IMG/VR virus record: IMGVR_UViG_3300010429_000303
Coordinates: 1 to 64,000 of that record
Origin: a virus
Lineage: Duplodnaviria > Caudoviricetes
DNA length: 64,000 nt
Strand: one strand, 5' to 3'
Shown: positions 1 through 9,113 of the stretch, piece by piece
Layout: each line of letters begins with the position of its first letter
Position numbering within the stretch: position 1 is the first letter of the stretch
Notes under the pieces: model-generated
The model's input: only the letters and a program-made list of their open reading frames with translations
The model's database searches: none
Told to the model about the DNA's origin: nothing
Program-made: the position numbers and the translations under genes

Positions 1-1
1 G

Positions 2-1054
2 GAGGAAATTGAAACACTAGTACAACTATCCTCCGTTGAAGAATTCTTTAACCACAAAGAGTGTCCATACTGGTTGTATTGGTACTCATACAATGTTCTT
101 AAAAGCCGTTGGCCTGAAGCTGAAGAGTTCATTAAACAGTATCCTGAATGGGCTTATCGGTATAGTTTGAATGTCATTGAAGGTCGTTGGTCTGAAGCTG
201 AAGAGGTTATTAAACAGGATCCTAAATGGGCTTATCGGTATAGTTTCGATGTCATTGAAGGACGTTGGTCTGAAGCCGAAGAGTTCATTAAACAGGATCC
301 TGAATGGTCTTGTTGGTATAGTTTGAATGTCATTAAAGGTCGTTGGACTGAAGCTGAAGAGTTCATTAAACAGTATCCTGAATGGGCTTATCAGTATAGT
401 TTGAATGTTATTAAAGGTCGTTGGATAGAAGTTGAAGTAGTTATTATGCAAAATGCACAATGGGGCTTCCGTTATAGCCTAGATGTTATTAAAGAGCGTT
501 GGCCTGAAGCCGAAGTGTTCATTAAACAGGATCCTGAATGGGCTTATCAGTATAGTTTGAATGTTATTAAAGGTCGTTGGCATGAAGCCGAAGAGGTTAT
601 TAAACAGAATCCTGAATGGTCTTGTTGGTATAGCCTAGATGTTATTAAAGAGCGTTGGCCTGAAGCCGAAGAAGGTATTAAACGGGATCCTGAATGGGCT
701 TATTGGTATAGCTTGTATGTTATTAAAGAGCGTTGGCCTGAAGCTGAAGAGTTCATTAAACAGAATCCTAGATGGTCTTGTTGGTATAGCTTAAATGCCA
801 TTAAAGGTCGCTGGCCAGAAGCCGAAGTGTTCATTAAACAGGATCCTGAATGGGCTTATTGGTATAGTCTGGAGGTCATTAAAGGTCGTTGGCCCGAAGC
901 CGAAGAGGCTATTAAACAGAATCCTGGTTGGGCTTATTGGTATAGTCTGGAGGTCATTAAAGGTCGTTGGCCCGAAGCTGAAGAGGTAATCAGACAAGAT
1001 CCTAAATGGTCTTTAAACTATGATTCGAACGTTTTAAACAAACACTCCACCTAA
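2..1054 (+). CDS. 26-aa tandem repeat protein (WPEAEE..W.Y.YSL.VIKGR repeats), 5'-truncated
   Basis: Frame of ORF 74..1054 is open back to position 2; 11 full and one degenerate 26-aa repeats. Confidence 0.85.
   Translation, partial: EEIETLVQLSSVEEFFNHKECPYWLYWYSYNVLKSRWPEAEEFIKQYPEWAYRYSLNVIEGRWSEAEEVIKQDPKWAYRYSFDVIEGRWSEAEEFIKQDPEWSCWYSLNVIKGRWTEAEEFIKQYPEWAYQYSLNVIKGRWIEVEVVIMQNAQWGFRYSLDVIKERWPEAEVFIKQDPEWAYQYSLNVIKGRWHEAEEVIKQNPEWSCWYSLDVIKERWPEAEEGIKRDPEWAYWYSLYVIKERWPEAEEFIKQNPRWSCWYSLNAIKGRWPEAEVFIKQDPEWAYWYSLEVIKGRWPEAEEAIKQNPGWAYWYSLEVIKGRWPEAEEVIRQDPKWSLNYDSNVLNKHST
110..1045 (+). repeat. Coding tandem array of about 12 x 78-bp units
   Basis: Recurrent cgttggcctgaagc(c/t)gaagag..ttaaacaggatcctgaatgg at 78-nt period, no spacers. 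Confidence 0.95.
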
Positions 1055-1060
1055 GCAACC

Positions 1061-1086
1061 ACTCTACCTTATCTCTAAGGTAGAGT
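1061..1086 (+). terminator. Intergenic hairpin (terminator or RNA processing site)
   Basis: ACTCTACCTTA-tctc-TAAGGTAGAGT, perfect 11-bp stem; weak U tract. Confidence 0.5.
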
Positions 1087-1107
1087 TATTCCGAAGAGGA
1101 TTGATTC

Positions 1108-1551
1108 ATGTCTGAAACACCTGAAATTTACAAAAAGTCTAGAATTGTACCCAGTGAAAAGGTTCAGCACATTCTGCTTGAAGGGACTAACAGGGGTTAT
1201 GGATTGACCTTATATTCTGTGTTGGCCTATGATAAGAAATCTCTAACCTATTCCTACAGCGTCTTTAACCCCAAAGACGGACAATTCAAGAAAACTATTG
1301 GTTTAGCTGTAGCTCTAAGTCATTATATTAAAGAGAAACGTAGAACTTTAGATCTAACCAATGTTAATCCCAAGTTGTTCTCTGCACGGACTCTTAACTT
1401 CCTAATTCTTTGGGATATCCTCTCTGAAGTCACCGTAGAGAGTGAGAACAATCCAAAACGAAGGAGGTCTAAACGGTTTATTTATGATCTTCGAGATTAC
1501 TTGTTTATGACGTTTACCCACCTTAAGATTTTCACCCACACTTTGGACTGA
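1108..1551 (+). CDS. Hypothetical protein
   Basis: 147-aa ORF with GAGGA RBS. Confidence 0.75.
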   Translation: MSETPEIYKKSRIVPSEKVQHILLEGTNRGYGLTLYSVLAYDKKSLTYSYSVFNPKDGQFKKTIGLAVALSHYIKEKRRTLDLTNVNPKLFSARTLNFLILWDILSEVTVESENNPKRRRSKRFIYDLRDYLFMTFTHLKIFTHTLD

Positions 1552-1572
1552 GTCAGAAGGATTGTGTTTTCC

Positions 1573-1580
1573 ACTAAATA
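1573..1580 (+). promoter_or_regulatory. Putative gp55-dependent late promoter (ACTAAATA)
   Basis: Variant of T4 TATAAATA; the same octamer recurs upstream of structural operons. Confidence 0.6.
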
Positions 1581-1606
1581 AGGGAAAACACCATCCGAGG
1601 ATCAGC

Positions 1607-2146
1607 ATGAAACCATTTAAACTCTTTATCTTAGAAGAACTCCAGAAACAGATTATTCTGGAGATGCCCCATATCTATACCAAAAATTTTGCATTTGATT
1701 TAGAATTCGAACTCCGGTTCGAAAATCCTGCATCCCCATCCTATGAGGATCTTGTTGAGTACCTAAGACAATGGTATTGGGGCTATAGTTTTCTTCCAAA
1801 GGTTAAAGAGTGTTGGACAGGAAAGGGTGGGTTTGGTGGTAAAAGGGAAAAACTACTAAAAGAGTTAGGTACGTCTAAAAACATAACCTTCACCAGTGAT
1901 GAATTACTAGGAATTGGAAAGAAGGTGGCAATAACCTACCACTTTGACGGGGACACAGTTACTAAGGAAGTTCCTAATAAAGAGGCAGTAAAGGTCATCC
2001 CCTGGAAACTAGACCAAACTGAGTCAAAGGTTAAAAAAGAATTTATAGACAAGTTAAAGACACAACCCAATATTGTATCTCATCTTACCAAAATGGGAAT
2101 GATTGATAAATTAGACATCTTTGAAAAAGATGTCACTTCCCCATAA
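1607..2146 (+). CDS. Hypothetical protein, capsid-targeting-like N-terminus (MKPFKLFILEE)
   Basis: ATG at 1607 with GAGGA RBS, downstream of late-promoter motif. Confidence 0.7.
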   Translation: MKPFKLFILEELQKQIILEMPHIYTKNFAFDLEFELRFENPASPSYEDLVEYLRQWYWGYSFLPKVKECWTGKGGFGGKREKLLKELGTSKNITFTSDELLGIGKKVAITYHFDGDTVTKEVPNKEAVKVIPWKLDQTESKVKKEFIDKLKTQPNIVSHLTKMGMIDKLDIFEKDVTSP

Positions 2147-2185
2147 TGACCGTAACCTCCCCTTGAATTTTTCTTTTTGACTCCC

Positions 2186-2214
2186 TTGACATCAAGCTTA
2201 ATTCCTTGTAAACT
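2186..2214 (+). promoter_or_regulatory. Sigma70-type (early) promoter
   Basis: TTGACA-N17-TAAACT. Confidence 0.75.
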
Positions 2215-2233
2215 ATCTTCATGATAGGGTAAC

Positions 2234-3536
2234 ATATTTCATACCCCTAGAAATGATATAAATAGATAAAACTTCATCTAAAACGGTAAATTACACTTGA
2301 GCCATAAAGCTTTTAAACTCAGACTAGATCCAACACCCGAACAAACAGTCTTGTTGAACAAGACCTTTGGTTGTGTCCGGACCATCTGGAATCAAAGAGT
2401 AGATGGATTCAATAATTGGAGTCCAGGAACTGAAACAGTAGAACCTACCATCAAAGAATTGAAGGTCATCTATCCTTGGTTGGCTGAAGTCCCGTACAAC
2501 GCATTAGAACAGAAACTCAACGATTGGCGGTCATTTAAATCCCAATTCTTCAACAAGAAAAGGAAGAAGAAATTAGGAAAACCATCGTTTAGAAGTCGAA
2601 GAGGACGTCAATCCTTTAGGTTATCTGTGAATGGATTCTCCTTTAAAGATAATCAAGTGGTTTTAGCTAAGATAGGTAAACTAAATCTTGTTGGTTATGA
2701 TCTTTCAATCTTACCTTTAGACACCTGCAAGTCTATCACCATCTCTAAAGATCCCTCTGGAAAGTGTTTTTGTTCTATTCTGTTAGAAGTCAACATCCAA
2801 CCTAAACCCCTAACCGGTCAGATGGTTGGGATAGATTTAGGTATCAAAGATCTTTACATTCTTTCAGATGGTCAAGTTGTCGAGAACCCGAAGTGGTACC
2901 ATGAAAACCAAATGGTATTGAAGAAGGCTCAACAACGGTTAGATAGAAAAGTTAAAGACAGTCGTAGATATGAAAAGCAGCGAATCAAGGCAGCTAAGGT
3001 CTATGAGAAGATAAAGAATAGGAGAAACTACTTTCTTCACAACATCTCCTCCTCCTTAGTGACCAATTATGACCTCATCTGTCTTGAAGACTTGAATGTT
3101 TCTGGGATGGTCAAGAACCACTGTTTGGCCAAAGCCATTCAGAACGCTTCATGGTCTTCCTTTGTTCAGATGTTGACCTACAAGTGTGACTGGTACGGAA
3201 AGACCTTAGTGAAGGTTGATCGGTTCTTTCCTTCTTCTAAGACTTGTTCTTCCTGTGGCTTCAAGATGGAGAAGATGGGATTAAAGATTAGAGAATGGGT
3301 GTGTCCTTCCTGTGGCTCCAAACACCATAGAGATCATAACGCTGCAAAGAACATTCTCCAGGAAGGATTCAGAATCCTGACTGGTCAGGAGTTTGAGGGT
3401 TTCCCTAAACCCTCTTCGGCAGAGTATGTCGAATACAGACGTGGAGAGGCTATAAGTCTATTTGATGCTCGTCATCACTTAGCATCCTTCGTGAAACGTC
3501 TAGAAGTTATATGAATTTATATGATTTCGGTACTAC
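2234..3536 (+). mobile_element. TnpB-only element (IS200/IS605 or IS607 derived), copy 1
   Basis: Boundaries from by-eye alignment of three copies: AAC|AT(A/G)TTTCAT... to ...GATTTCGGTACTAC; no tnpA or terminal inverted repeats. Confidence 0.85.
2297..3514 (+). CDS. tnpB: RNA-guided endonuclease TnpB
   Basis: N-terminal KAFKLRL.PT.EQ, RuvC GIDLG / CLEDL / RDHNAAKNI, zinc finger CSSCG..CPSCG. Confidence 0.95.
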   Translation: MSHKAFKLRLDPTPEQTVLLNKTFGCVRTIWNQRVDGFNNWSPGTETVEPTIKELKVIYPWLAEVPYNALEQKLNDWRSFKSQFFNKKRKKKLGKPSFRSRRGRQSFRLSVNGFSFKDNQVVLAKIGKLNLVGYDLSILPLDTCKSITISKDPSGKCFCSILLEVNIQPKPLTGQMVGIDLGIKDLYILSDGQVVENPKWYHENQMVLKKAQQRLDRKVKDSRRYEKQRIKAAKVYEKIKNRRNYFLHNISSSLVTNYDLICLEDLNVSGMVKNHCLAKAIQNASWSSFVQMLTYKCDWYGKTLVKVDRFFPSSKTCSSCGFKMEKMGLKIREWVCPSCGSKHHRDHNAAKNILQEGFRILTGQEFEGFPKPSSAEYVEYRRGEAISLFDARHHLASFVKRLEVI

Positions 3537-3780
3537 TACAAGGTGGGATGAAATGGGACCTGATGTGACGTTTAAGGTAGAGTTGGTAGAGGGGACTCTG
3601 GTGGTGGTGTCCTCTTTGGGTGAAATCTTGCCACTGTCAGTCCTTGATGAGTTTCGGCTAACCACAAATCAGAATCAGATTGGTCGTAGATTCTGGGATG
3701 AAAAATGGGACTCTTGGTCCTATCAGATAAACACCATTGATTCTGGCTTAGATGTGACGTCGTTCATTCAAAATCTCTAA
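3511..3780 (+). CDS. Hypothetical protein (true start probably at MGPDV, outside the element)
   Basis: First codons of the ORF come from the TnpB element right end. Confidence 0.55.
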   Translation: MNLYDFGTTTRWDEMGPDVTFKVELVEGTLVVVSSLGEILPLSVLDEFRLTTNQNQIGRRFWDEKWDSWSYQINTIDSGLDVTSFIQNL

Positions 3781-3799
3781 CCTTGGACATGGAGGAATT

Positions 3800-4342
3800 G
3801 TGCTTAGTTCGATTACCTTTCTTACCGATCCTTTGCAAATTGCTAGTCTCACTGAGAAGTGGGTCGCTCAACAACATGAACATTCAGATCGCTTTGTTAC
3901 TACCCCTAGGACTGGAACCTTATTGAGGGCATTAGATCAAGAAGGTAATCGAGGCCCTATTACCAGTGTTCATTCAAAACTGGCCATGCTGTATGCCACA
4001 ATTCATCATGGACTAAAACGTAGGTGTGATGTGTGTTCAGTAAATCCTGTTTCCCACTTCTCTTTGAAGTGCTCATGCTATTGCCAGTTCTGTACTGACT
4101 ATATCCGGGCAGAATCAGAAACTTCGACGTTAAAGCACATGGGACCGGTTTACTCCCAGGTAAAGAATACTGTCTTTGGTGACTATGTAATCAGTTATCT
4201 TGAAGCTGAATATCAGAAACTTCTCAGTGAGATCCCTACCGTTTCCAGAAACGCCTATTCAGAACTTCAGGGGATGGCAACCCGAACAGATTTTCTTCTA
4301 CAAGAACTCAGAAAGAAACACAACAGTTTCATGGGGGAATGA
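3800..4342 (+). CDS. Hypothetical protein with Cys cluster (possible Zn finger)
   Basis: CDVC...CSCYCQFC; GGAGG RBS. Confidence 0.65.
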   Translation: MLSSITFLTDPLQIASLTEKWVAQQHEHSDRFVTTPRTGTLLRALDQEGNRGPITSVHSKLAMLYATIHHGLKRRCDVCSVNPVSHFSLKCSCYCQFCTDYIRAESETSTLKHMGPVYSQVKNTVFGDYVISYLEAEYQKLLSEIPTVSRNAYSELQGMATRTDFLLQELRKKHNSFMGE

Positions 4343-5782
4343 ATGAACATTTTTAACGTCCGGTTTGGTTTTGCTACTAACTCATCTTCTACCCACTCGT
4401 TAATTCAGCTTCATCCCGGAATTAAAGTTTCTGATAAAGACGCATGTGGTAGTGAGTTTGGCTGGAGTAATTTTACCTGTGCCAGTCTAGAAGCTAAGCA
4501 ACGGTATCTTTCCCAGACGTTGATGAGTCATTTTCGAGCACAAAATGACCTTGATTCTATAAATGCAGATTATTTCAAATTCCTACTGGGTATTTCGGAA
4601 GAAGAATTCCACTCAAGTGTTGGTGGTCATATTGACCACCAATCCCTGATTACCCTACCACGGAACTTTAATGGTCATGGCCTAGATGTTACATTTTTTA
4701 AAGAGTTGGCTGGTTTCATCCTAAAACCAGATGTAGCTATTCTTGGAGGTAATGATAACAATGACTATGATCACCCACTTTTAGCTGTCTATCAGAAAAT
4801 TAAGCGACCATTCTTCCTAGATGAACCAAATTCAGAAGTAGTAGCTCGATGGGACGAAACATCAAAATATTGGACTTTGTTCAATAGGACTAGTGGAACT
4901 AAAGTACGATTCTCATTTAGATCTGATGAAGAACCACCAAAAGCCTCTGAAGTTCCTGATTTGGTAGACATCAAGATTACTGACAAGTGCTTTTTTGCGT
5001 GCCCCTTCTGTTATCAAGGGTCAACTCCAGAAGGTGATGAAGCATCAACAACCTATCTGAGTTGCCTAGCAGATGAATTTGCGCGTAATAAAGTGTTTGA
5101 AGTGGCTTTGGGTGGAGGAGAACCTACACTTCACCCCAACTTTATTCAGATTTTGCAGTATTTTAAGGGCCAAGGGGTAATTCCTAACTTTACTACCAAG
5201 TCATTGGCTTGGTTCAAAGACATGTCATTTGTGTCTATCTTGCCAAAGATTGGCTCTTTTGCCTATTCAGCTCAAACTCCTGCACAAATTAGGCAGCTTC
5301 GAACCACCTTAGATTTTTATGCTGACACTATCTATGATATCAGACGACAACCACTAAGGCCAAACATTCACCTTGTCATGGGATTGCACCAGGATTATGA
5401 GTTCAGGTCGTTGATCAAAGAGTGTGTAGAGTGTCGTTTCACTCCAGTACTTCTGGGGTTTAAATCTACAGGTCGTGGTTCTCAGGTTAAAGCAAAACTA
5501 TATGAAACTTGGGTTGAAGATATCGTTAAAGTGTTTGATAATCTAGACAGGTCTTGTCAAGTAGGCATTGATACCGTACTGGCTTCAGAGTATAAGGAAA
5601 AACTTGAAGAGAAAGAAGTCCCATTCTATCTGTACCATACTAAGGAAGGGATGTTTTCTTGCTATGTAGATGCGGTAAAGAAGGAGTTGGTTGAATCTTC
5701 TTTTAGTGGAGAACCTGTAGAATTTTCCTACAATGAACTTGAAAATTTTAAAGAACTCTACCAAGGGGTGAAGAAAGATTAA
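4343..5782 (+). CDS. Radical SAM protein fused to an N-terminal RFGFATNSSS-motif domain
   Basis: CFFACPFC (CxxxCxxC), GGGEPTLHP, PNFTT. Confidence 0.85.
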   Translation: MNIFNVRFGFATNSSSTHSLIQLHPGIKVSDKDACGSEFGWSNFTCASLEAKQRYLSQTLMSHFRAQNDLDSINADYFKFLLGISEEEFHSSVGGHIDHQSLITLPRNFNGHGLDVTFFKELAGFILKPDVAILGGNDNNDYDHPLLAVYQKIKRPFFLDEPNSEVVARWDETSKYWTLFNRTSGTKVRFSFRSDEEPPKASEVPDLVDIKITDKCFFACPFCYQGSTPEGDEASTTYLSCLADEFARNKVFEVALGGGEPTLHPNFIQILQYFKGQGVIPNFTTKSLAWFKDMSFVSILPKIGSFAYSAQTPAQIRQLRTTLDFYADTIYDIRRQPLRPNIHLVMGLHQDYEFRSLIKECVECRFTPVLLGFKSTGRGSQVKAKLYETWVEDIVKVFDNLDRSCQVGIDTVLASEYKEKLEEKEVPFYLYHTKEGMFSCYVDAVKKELVESSFSGEPVEFSYNELENFKELYQGVKKD

Positions 5783-6025
5783 ATGAACACTTCTCTGAAG
5801 GTAGAAGGACGGCTAATTGGCTACCTCCCTTTCGAGGGAGTTTGTGAGATTAAAGATGACACTGGGCAAGTCCAGTGCTTTGGGTTTTCTGAGAAACTCA
5901 CCCAAAGGATTAGAGTCCATCCAGACACCCTCCATCATCTCCTTTACCGGTTTTTGATCTGTACCCTGTCAGACTATGATACCCAGGACATTGAACACTT
6001 TGAAATTCATCCAGGCAGAGAATAG
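5783..6025 (+). CDS. Hypothetical protein
   Basis: 80-aa ORF abutting the upstream stop. Confidence 0.6.
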   Translation: MNTSLKVEGRLIGYLPFEGVCEIKDDTGQVQCFGFSEKLTQRIRVHPDTLHHLLYRFLICTLSDYDTQDIEHFEIHPGRE

Positions 6026-6028
6026 ACC

Positions 6029-6262
6029 ATGTTCGATATCAATTCCTTATCTGATCATGATAGGTTGCTATTGGTCATGGCTCTTTCAGATTTACAACCC
6101 GAACTTATTGAGTCCCAGTTAGCAGATGTTCAAAAGATTCTCGATAAGCGGTCAACTTGTGGAGATGTGTCCCTAGAAACTTGGCAGTCATTGATGCAGG
6201 TGTTAGGGCAGAGTAGACAACAAAGTCCAACAGATCCGTTTGAGGTTGGTGAAGTGAATTAG
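6029..6262 (+). CDS. Hypothetical protein (overlaps antisense lipase 3' end)
   Basis: 77-aa ORF in operon-like spacing. Confidence 0.4.
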   Translation: MFDINSLSDHDRLLLVMALSDLQPELIESQLADVQKILDKRSTCGDVSLETWQSLMQVLGQSRQQSPTDPFEVGEVN

Positions 6263-6818
6263 GGAGGGTTGAAACCACATCCTGTTTTGATCCTTCCTTT
6301 AAGATAATGAAGTGTAATGCGTCAGAAGCAACTAACTGTGGAGAAGTCGAGAGGGCTTTTCCTATCTTTGTCTGTAGAAATTCAACACTTCCTACTTTAG
6401 GCATCCCAAAGCACACCAACATCTTTATTTTAGGTGCTAAATTAGGATCCAGTCTGAACTGAATGAAATTATAGAGGGCAACTGCCGCCCCTAACGAGTG
6501 GCCAGTAAGTACTACATTCGTTTTTTTCTCGATAAGTTCATTTAGTTTGCCGTGTTCTTTAACCTGGGTCGCCTTGGCTTTAAAGCCAGTGTGAAAATCA
6601 TCAGATTTTGAAAATTCAAGATCTTTAAGAAGGTCTTGAATTGAAGAGGTTCCTTTGAAACCTATGATATCAAACCCATTAAAGGATCCTTCAGAAACAT
6701 CTTTGTTCTTTTGGTATCCTTGGTCAATAACATCAATGCACGCCAGAAGTAACCCTGACTGTCCTGAAGAAATCAAACTTTTAATCTTCTCTTGAAGTTG
6801 AAATTTTTTAAAATTCAT
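6105..6818 (-). CDS. Class 3 lipase-like alpha/beta hydrolase
   Basis: GFKGT, FHTGF, TGHSLG nucleophile elbow, FGMPKVG, DVVSTLP, C-terminal H(KLTA)Y. Confidence 0.8.
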   Translation of the reverse strand: MNFKKFQLQEKIKSLISSGQSGLLLACIDVIDQGYQKNKDVSEGSFNGFDIIGFKGTSSIQDLLKDLEFSKSDDFHTGFKAKATQVKEHGKLNELIEKKTNVVLTGHSLGAAVALYNFIQFRLDPNLAPKIKMLVCFGMPKVGSVEFLQTKIGKALSTSPQLVASDALHFIILKEGSKQDVVSTLPNSLHQPQTDLLDFVVYSALTPASMTAKFLGTHLHKLTAYRESFEHLLTGTQ

Positions 6819-6857
6819 GCTATCCTTAAGTTCCTTAAGTCGGAGTGAGAATATCCT

Positions 6858-8234
6858 ATGACTGAATTAACTGAAACCTTGTGGAATGAACGGTTCCGCC
6901 CAAAGAAAATCGAAGACTGTATCTTACCAAAGCCACTCAAACATACCTTTGAGAACTTTGTAGTTGCAAGTGACTGTCCTAATATTATGATTCATTCATC
7001 TTCTGGGGGGACAGGCAAGACCACAGTGCTTCGTGCATTATGTTCTGAATTAGATCTTGAATATTTATTCATCAATGCTTCAGAACAACGTTCTGTTGAT
7101 GTGATTCGAAATGATGTAACCCAGTTTGTCTCGACTATGTCCCTTGAGGGAAGAAAGAAAGCCGTAATCTTTGATGAATGCCTGGCTGATTCTGAAGAGA
7201 TTGTAATTGGTCCATTAGACAATAAACAAACATTAAGGTTGTCTGAGTTTGAAGAGAACCGACTTTATTTGATGGTATCTTACAATCTAAGGACCCATGA
7301 GGAGGAAGAAGATGTAGGGGTTATTGTTTCGTCAAAAGACGCTGAAGTCTTTAAGATAACCTTTGAGGACGGCCGAGAGATCCTGGTAACTGATAATCAC
7401 CCTTTCTTTGTCTACTCAGATGTTGATACCTTTATAGAAAAGTCCTTAAAGGATGGACTAAACAAGGATGACTTTATTCTTTCTACCTATACTGTTGGAC
7501 ATTCATTAGTCAAACTTCAAAGTGTTAGCCCTGTAGGGGTGAGAAAGGTTCGTAATCTCCGGGTAATGAAGAATCATAACTTCTTTACTCGCTCTGGAAT
7601 TCTTACCCATAATTGCGATTCTCAGACTCCTATTGCTCAACAAGCCCTAAGATCTTTTATTGAGCAATTTTCACATATCAGGTTTTTCTTCTCCTGTAAC
7701 TTTGTAGATAAGGTTATCCAACCTCTTCAATCAAGGTGTACAGTCATTACCTTCGATTGGCCTGCGTCTGAACACAAGTATCTTAAGAACCAGTTTTATG
7801 CGAGGGTAAAAGACATCCTTAATCAGGAACATATCCCCTTTAACAAGGATGTGGTAGTTGAACTTATTAAACGGTTCTTTCCAGATTTTAGACGGATTAT
7901 CAATGAACTCCAGAAACAATCAATCACTGGAGTTATTGATGAAGGGGTATTGGTATATTCTAGGGAGTTTGATCTTACTGAACTTATGGATATTCTTAAA
8001 GCCAAGAAGTTTAACGAGCTAAGGAAGTGGGTAGAAACTAATGAAACCTTGAACTACGAACTTTTCTACCGAAACTTCTATAAAGAGATTGCCCAGATTG
8101 CAGCCCCTTCAGTTCTTCCCTCCATCATCCTTATTCTAGGACGATACATGTTTCAACATTCTTCTGTCTATGACAAACAGATCAATCTGCTTTGTTGCAT
8201 GATAGAAGTCATGGCAGAATTGGTGGTAAAATGA
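6858..8234 (+). CDS. 44: Clamp loader large subunit gp44 with intein
   Basis: WNERFRP, GTGKTT Walker A, IFDE Walker B, QSRC; intein after DE. Confidence 0.93.
   Translation: MTELTETLWNERFRPKKIEDCILPKPLKHTFENFVVASDCPNIMIHSSSGGTGKTTVLRALCSELDLEYLFINASEQRSVDVIRNDVTQFVSTMSLEGRKKAVIFDECLADSEEIVIGPLDNKQTLRLSEFEENRLYLMVSYNLRTHEEEEDVGVIVSSKDAEVFKITFEDGREILVTDNHPFFVYSDVDTFIEKSLKDGLNKDDFILSTYTVGHSLVKLQSVSPVGVRKVRNLRVMKNHNFFTRSGILTHNCDSQTPIAQQALRSFIEQFSHIRFFFSCNFVDKVIQPLQSRCTVITFDWPASEHKYLKNQFYARVKDILNQEHIPFNKDVVVELIKRFFPDFRRIINELQKQSITGVIDEGVLVYSREFDLTELMDILKAKKFNELRKWVETNETLNYELFYRNFYKEIAQIAAPSVLPSIILILGRYMFQHSSVYDKQINLLCCMIEVMAELVVK
7179..7613 (+). mobile_element. Mini-intein (145 aa) in gp44
   Basis: CLADSEE..., block B VTDNHPF, ends THN followed by C; no endonuclease domain. 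Confidence 0.92.
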
Positions 8235-8635
8235 AGGGATCTGAAGAGAAGGAACCCAAAGCCAGGAACCTGTTTGACATTTTTCTTTCTTTATCCAAGT
8301 CAAAACGGCTTGAAGAAGGAGATGTAGACAGGTATGAGCCTTATATGACCAATAAGATTTTCTCGCATACTGCAGATACCTTATTCCATGCCAATCTAAT
8401 GAATCAATACTACGATCTCCCTAAAGAGGCTCAAATGGATTTCTATCTTTATGGAACTCCAGGTAAAGGAAGGTATTCAGAATGGTATAAAGTTCCCACT
8501 CCGCCAGAGGAGTTAGCTCATATTAGACTTCAGACAGGTTGTTCAAATAAGGAGTCATTCATTTATTTCGATTTATTGGAGTCATTGCAGAAAAAGTCTT
8601 TGGCAAAGGTGAGAAAGGGAGGAACCACTAAATAG
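8231..8635 (+). CDS. 62: Clamp loader small subunit gp62
   Basis: YEPYMTNKIFS..DTLFHANLMNQ..QMDF; ATGA overlap with gp44. Confidence 0.85.
   Translation: MKGSEEKEPKARNLFDIFLSLSKSKRLEEGDVDRYEPYMTNKIFSHTADTLFHANLMNQYYDLPKEAQMDFYLYGTPGKGRYSEWYKVPTPPEELAHIRLQTGCSNKESFIYFDLLESLQKKSLAKVRKGGTTK
8627..8634 (+). promoter_or_regulatory. ACTAAATA late-promoter motif upstream of regA
   Basis: Octamer match, overlapping the end of gp62. Confidence 0.4.
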
Positions 8636-8657
8636 GATTTTTAAGTAAGGTGATCCT

Positions 8658-9092
8658 ATGAAACCAGTACATCAACATGATATCCCGGAGTTCTTTAATT
8701 CATTTATCGAGGTAGAGGTTCCTGAAGATAAATTTCTGATTATTAAAGAAACCTTAACTAGAATTGGCGTATGTCCAAAAGTTCAAAAGACAGAACCTAT
8801 TCTTTACCAATCCTGTCATATTTTGTCCTATAAAGGGCGATACTATATTGTTCATTTCAAGGAGTTATTTCTCCTGGATGGCAAAGAAGCCCTAATGGAT
8901 GAACTTGATTATTATCGAAGAAACCAAATTGCTAAACTTCTCCAAGATTGGGGACTCTTAACCATTAAGAACTTTGATAAACTATATCTTGAAGATAGGT
9001 TTATGAAGTTGGTAAAGATTATACCCTCATACGAAAAGGATGATTGGTGTTTAGTGTCTAAGTATCATCTGGGGAAGAAGCGGTTTTCCTAA
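8658..9092 (+). CDS. regA: Translational repressor RegA
   Basis: FLIIKETLTRIG, LYQSCHIL, YYIVHFKELFLLDG, RRNQIAKLLQDWGL. Confidence 0.95.
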   Translation: MKPVHQHDIPEFFNSFIEVEVPEDKFLIIKETLTRIGVCPKVQKTEPILYQSCHILSYKGRYYIVHFKELFLLDGKEALMDELDYYRRNQIAKLLQDWGLLTIKNFDKLYLEDRFMKLVKIIPSYEKDDWCLVSKYHLGKKRFS

Positions 9093-9113
9093 ACTCAGTG
9101 ACTCCAATGGAGT

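Noticed and set aside
86-997. ORFs 86..460(-), 791..997(-), 795..989(+)
   Set aside because: Shadow frames kept open by the tandem repeat.
110-1045. CRISPR array or DGR template/variable repeats
   Set aside because: Contiguous 78-bp in-frame coding units with no unique spacers; no cas or reverse transcriptase gene in the window.
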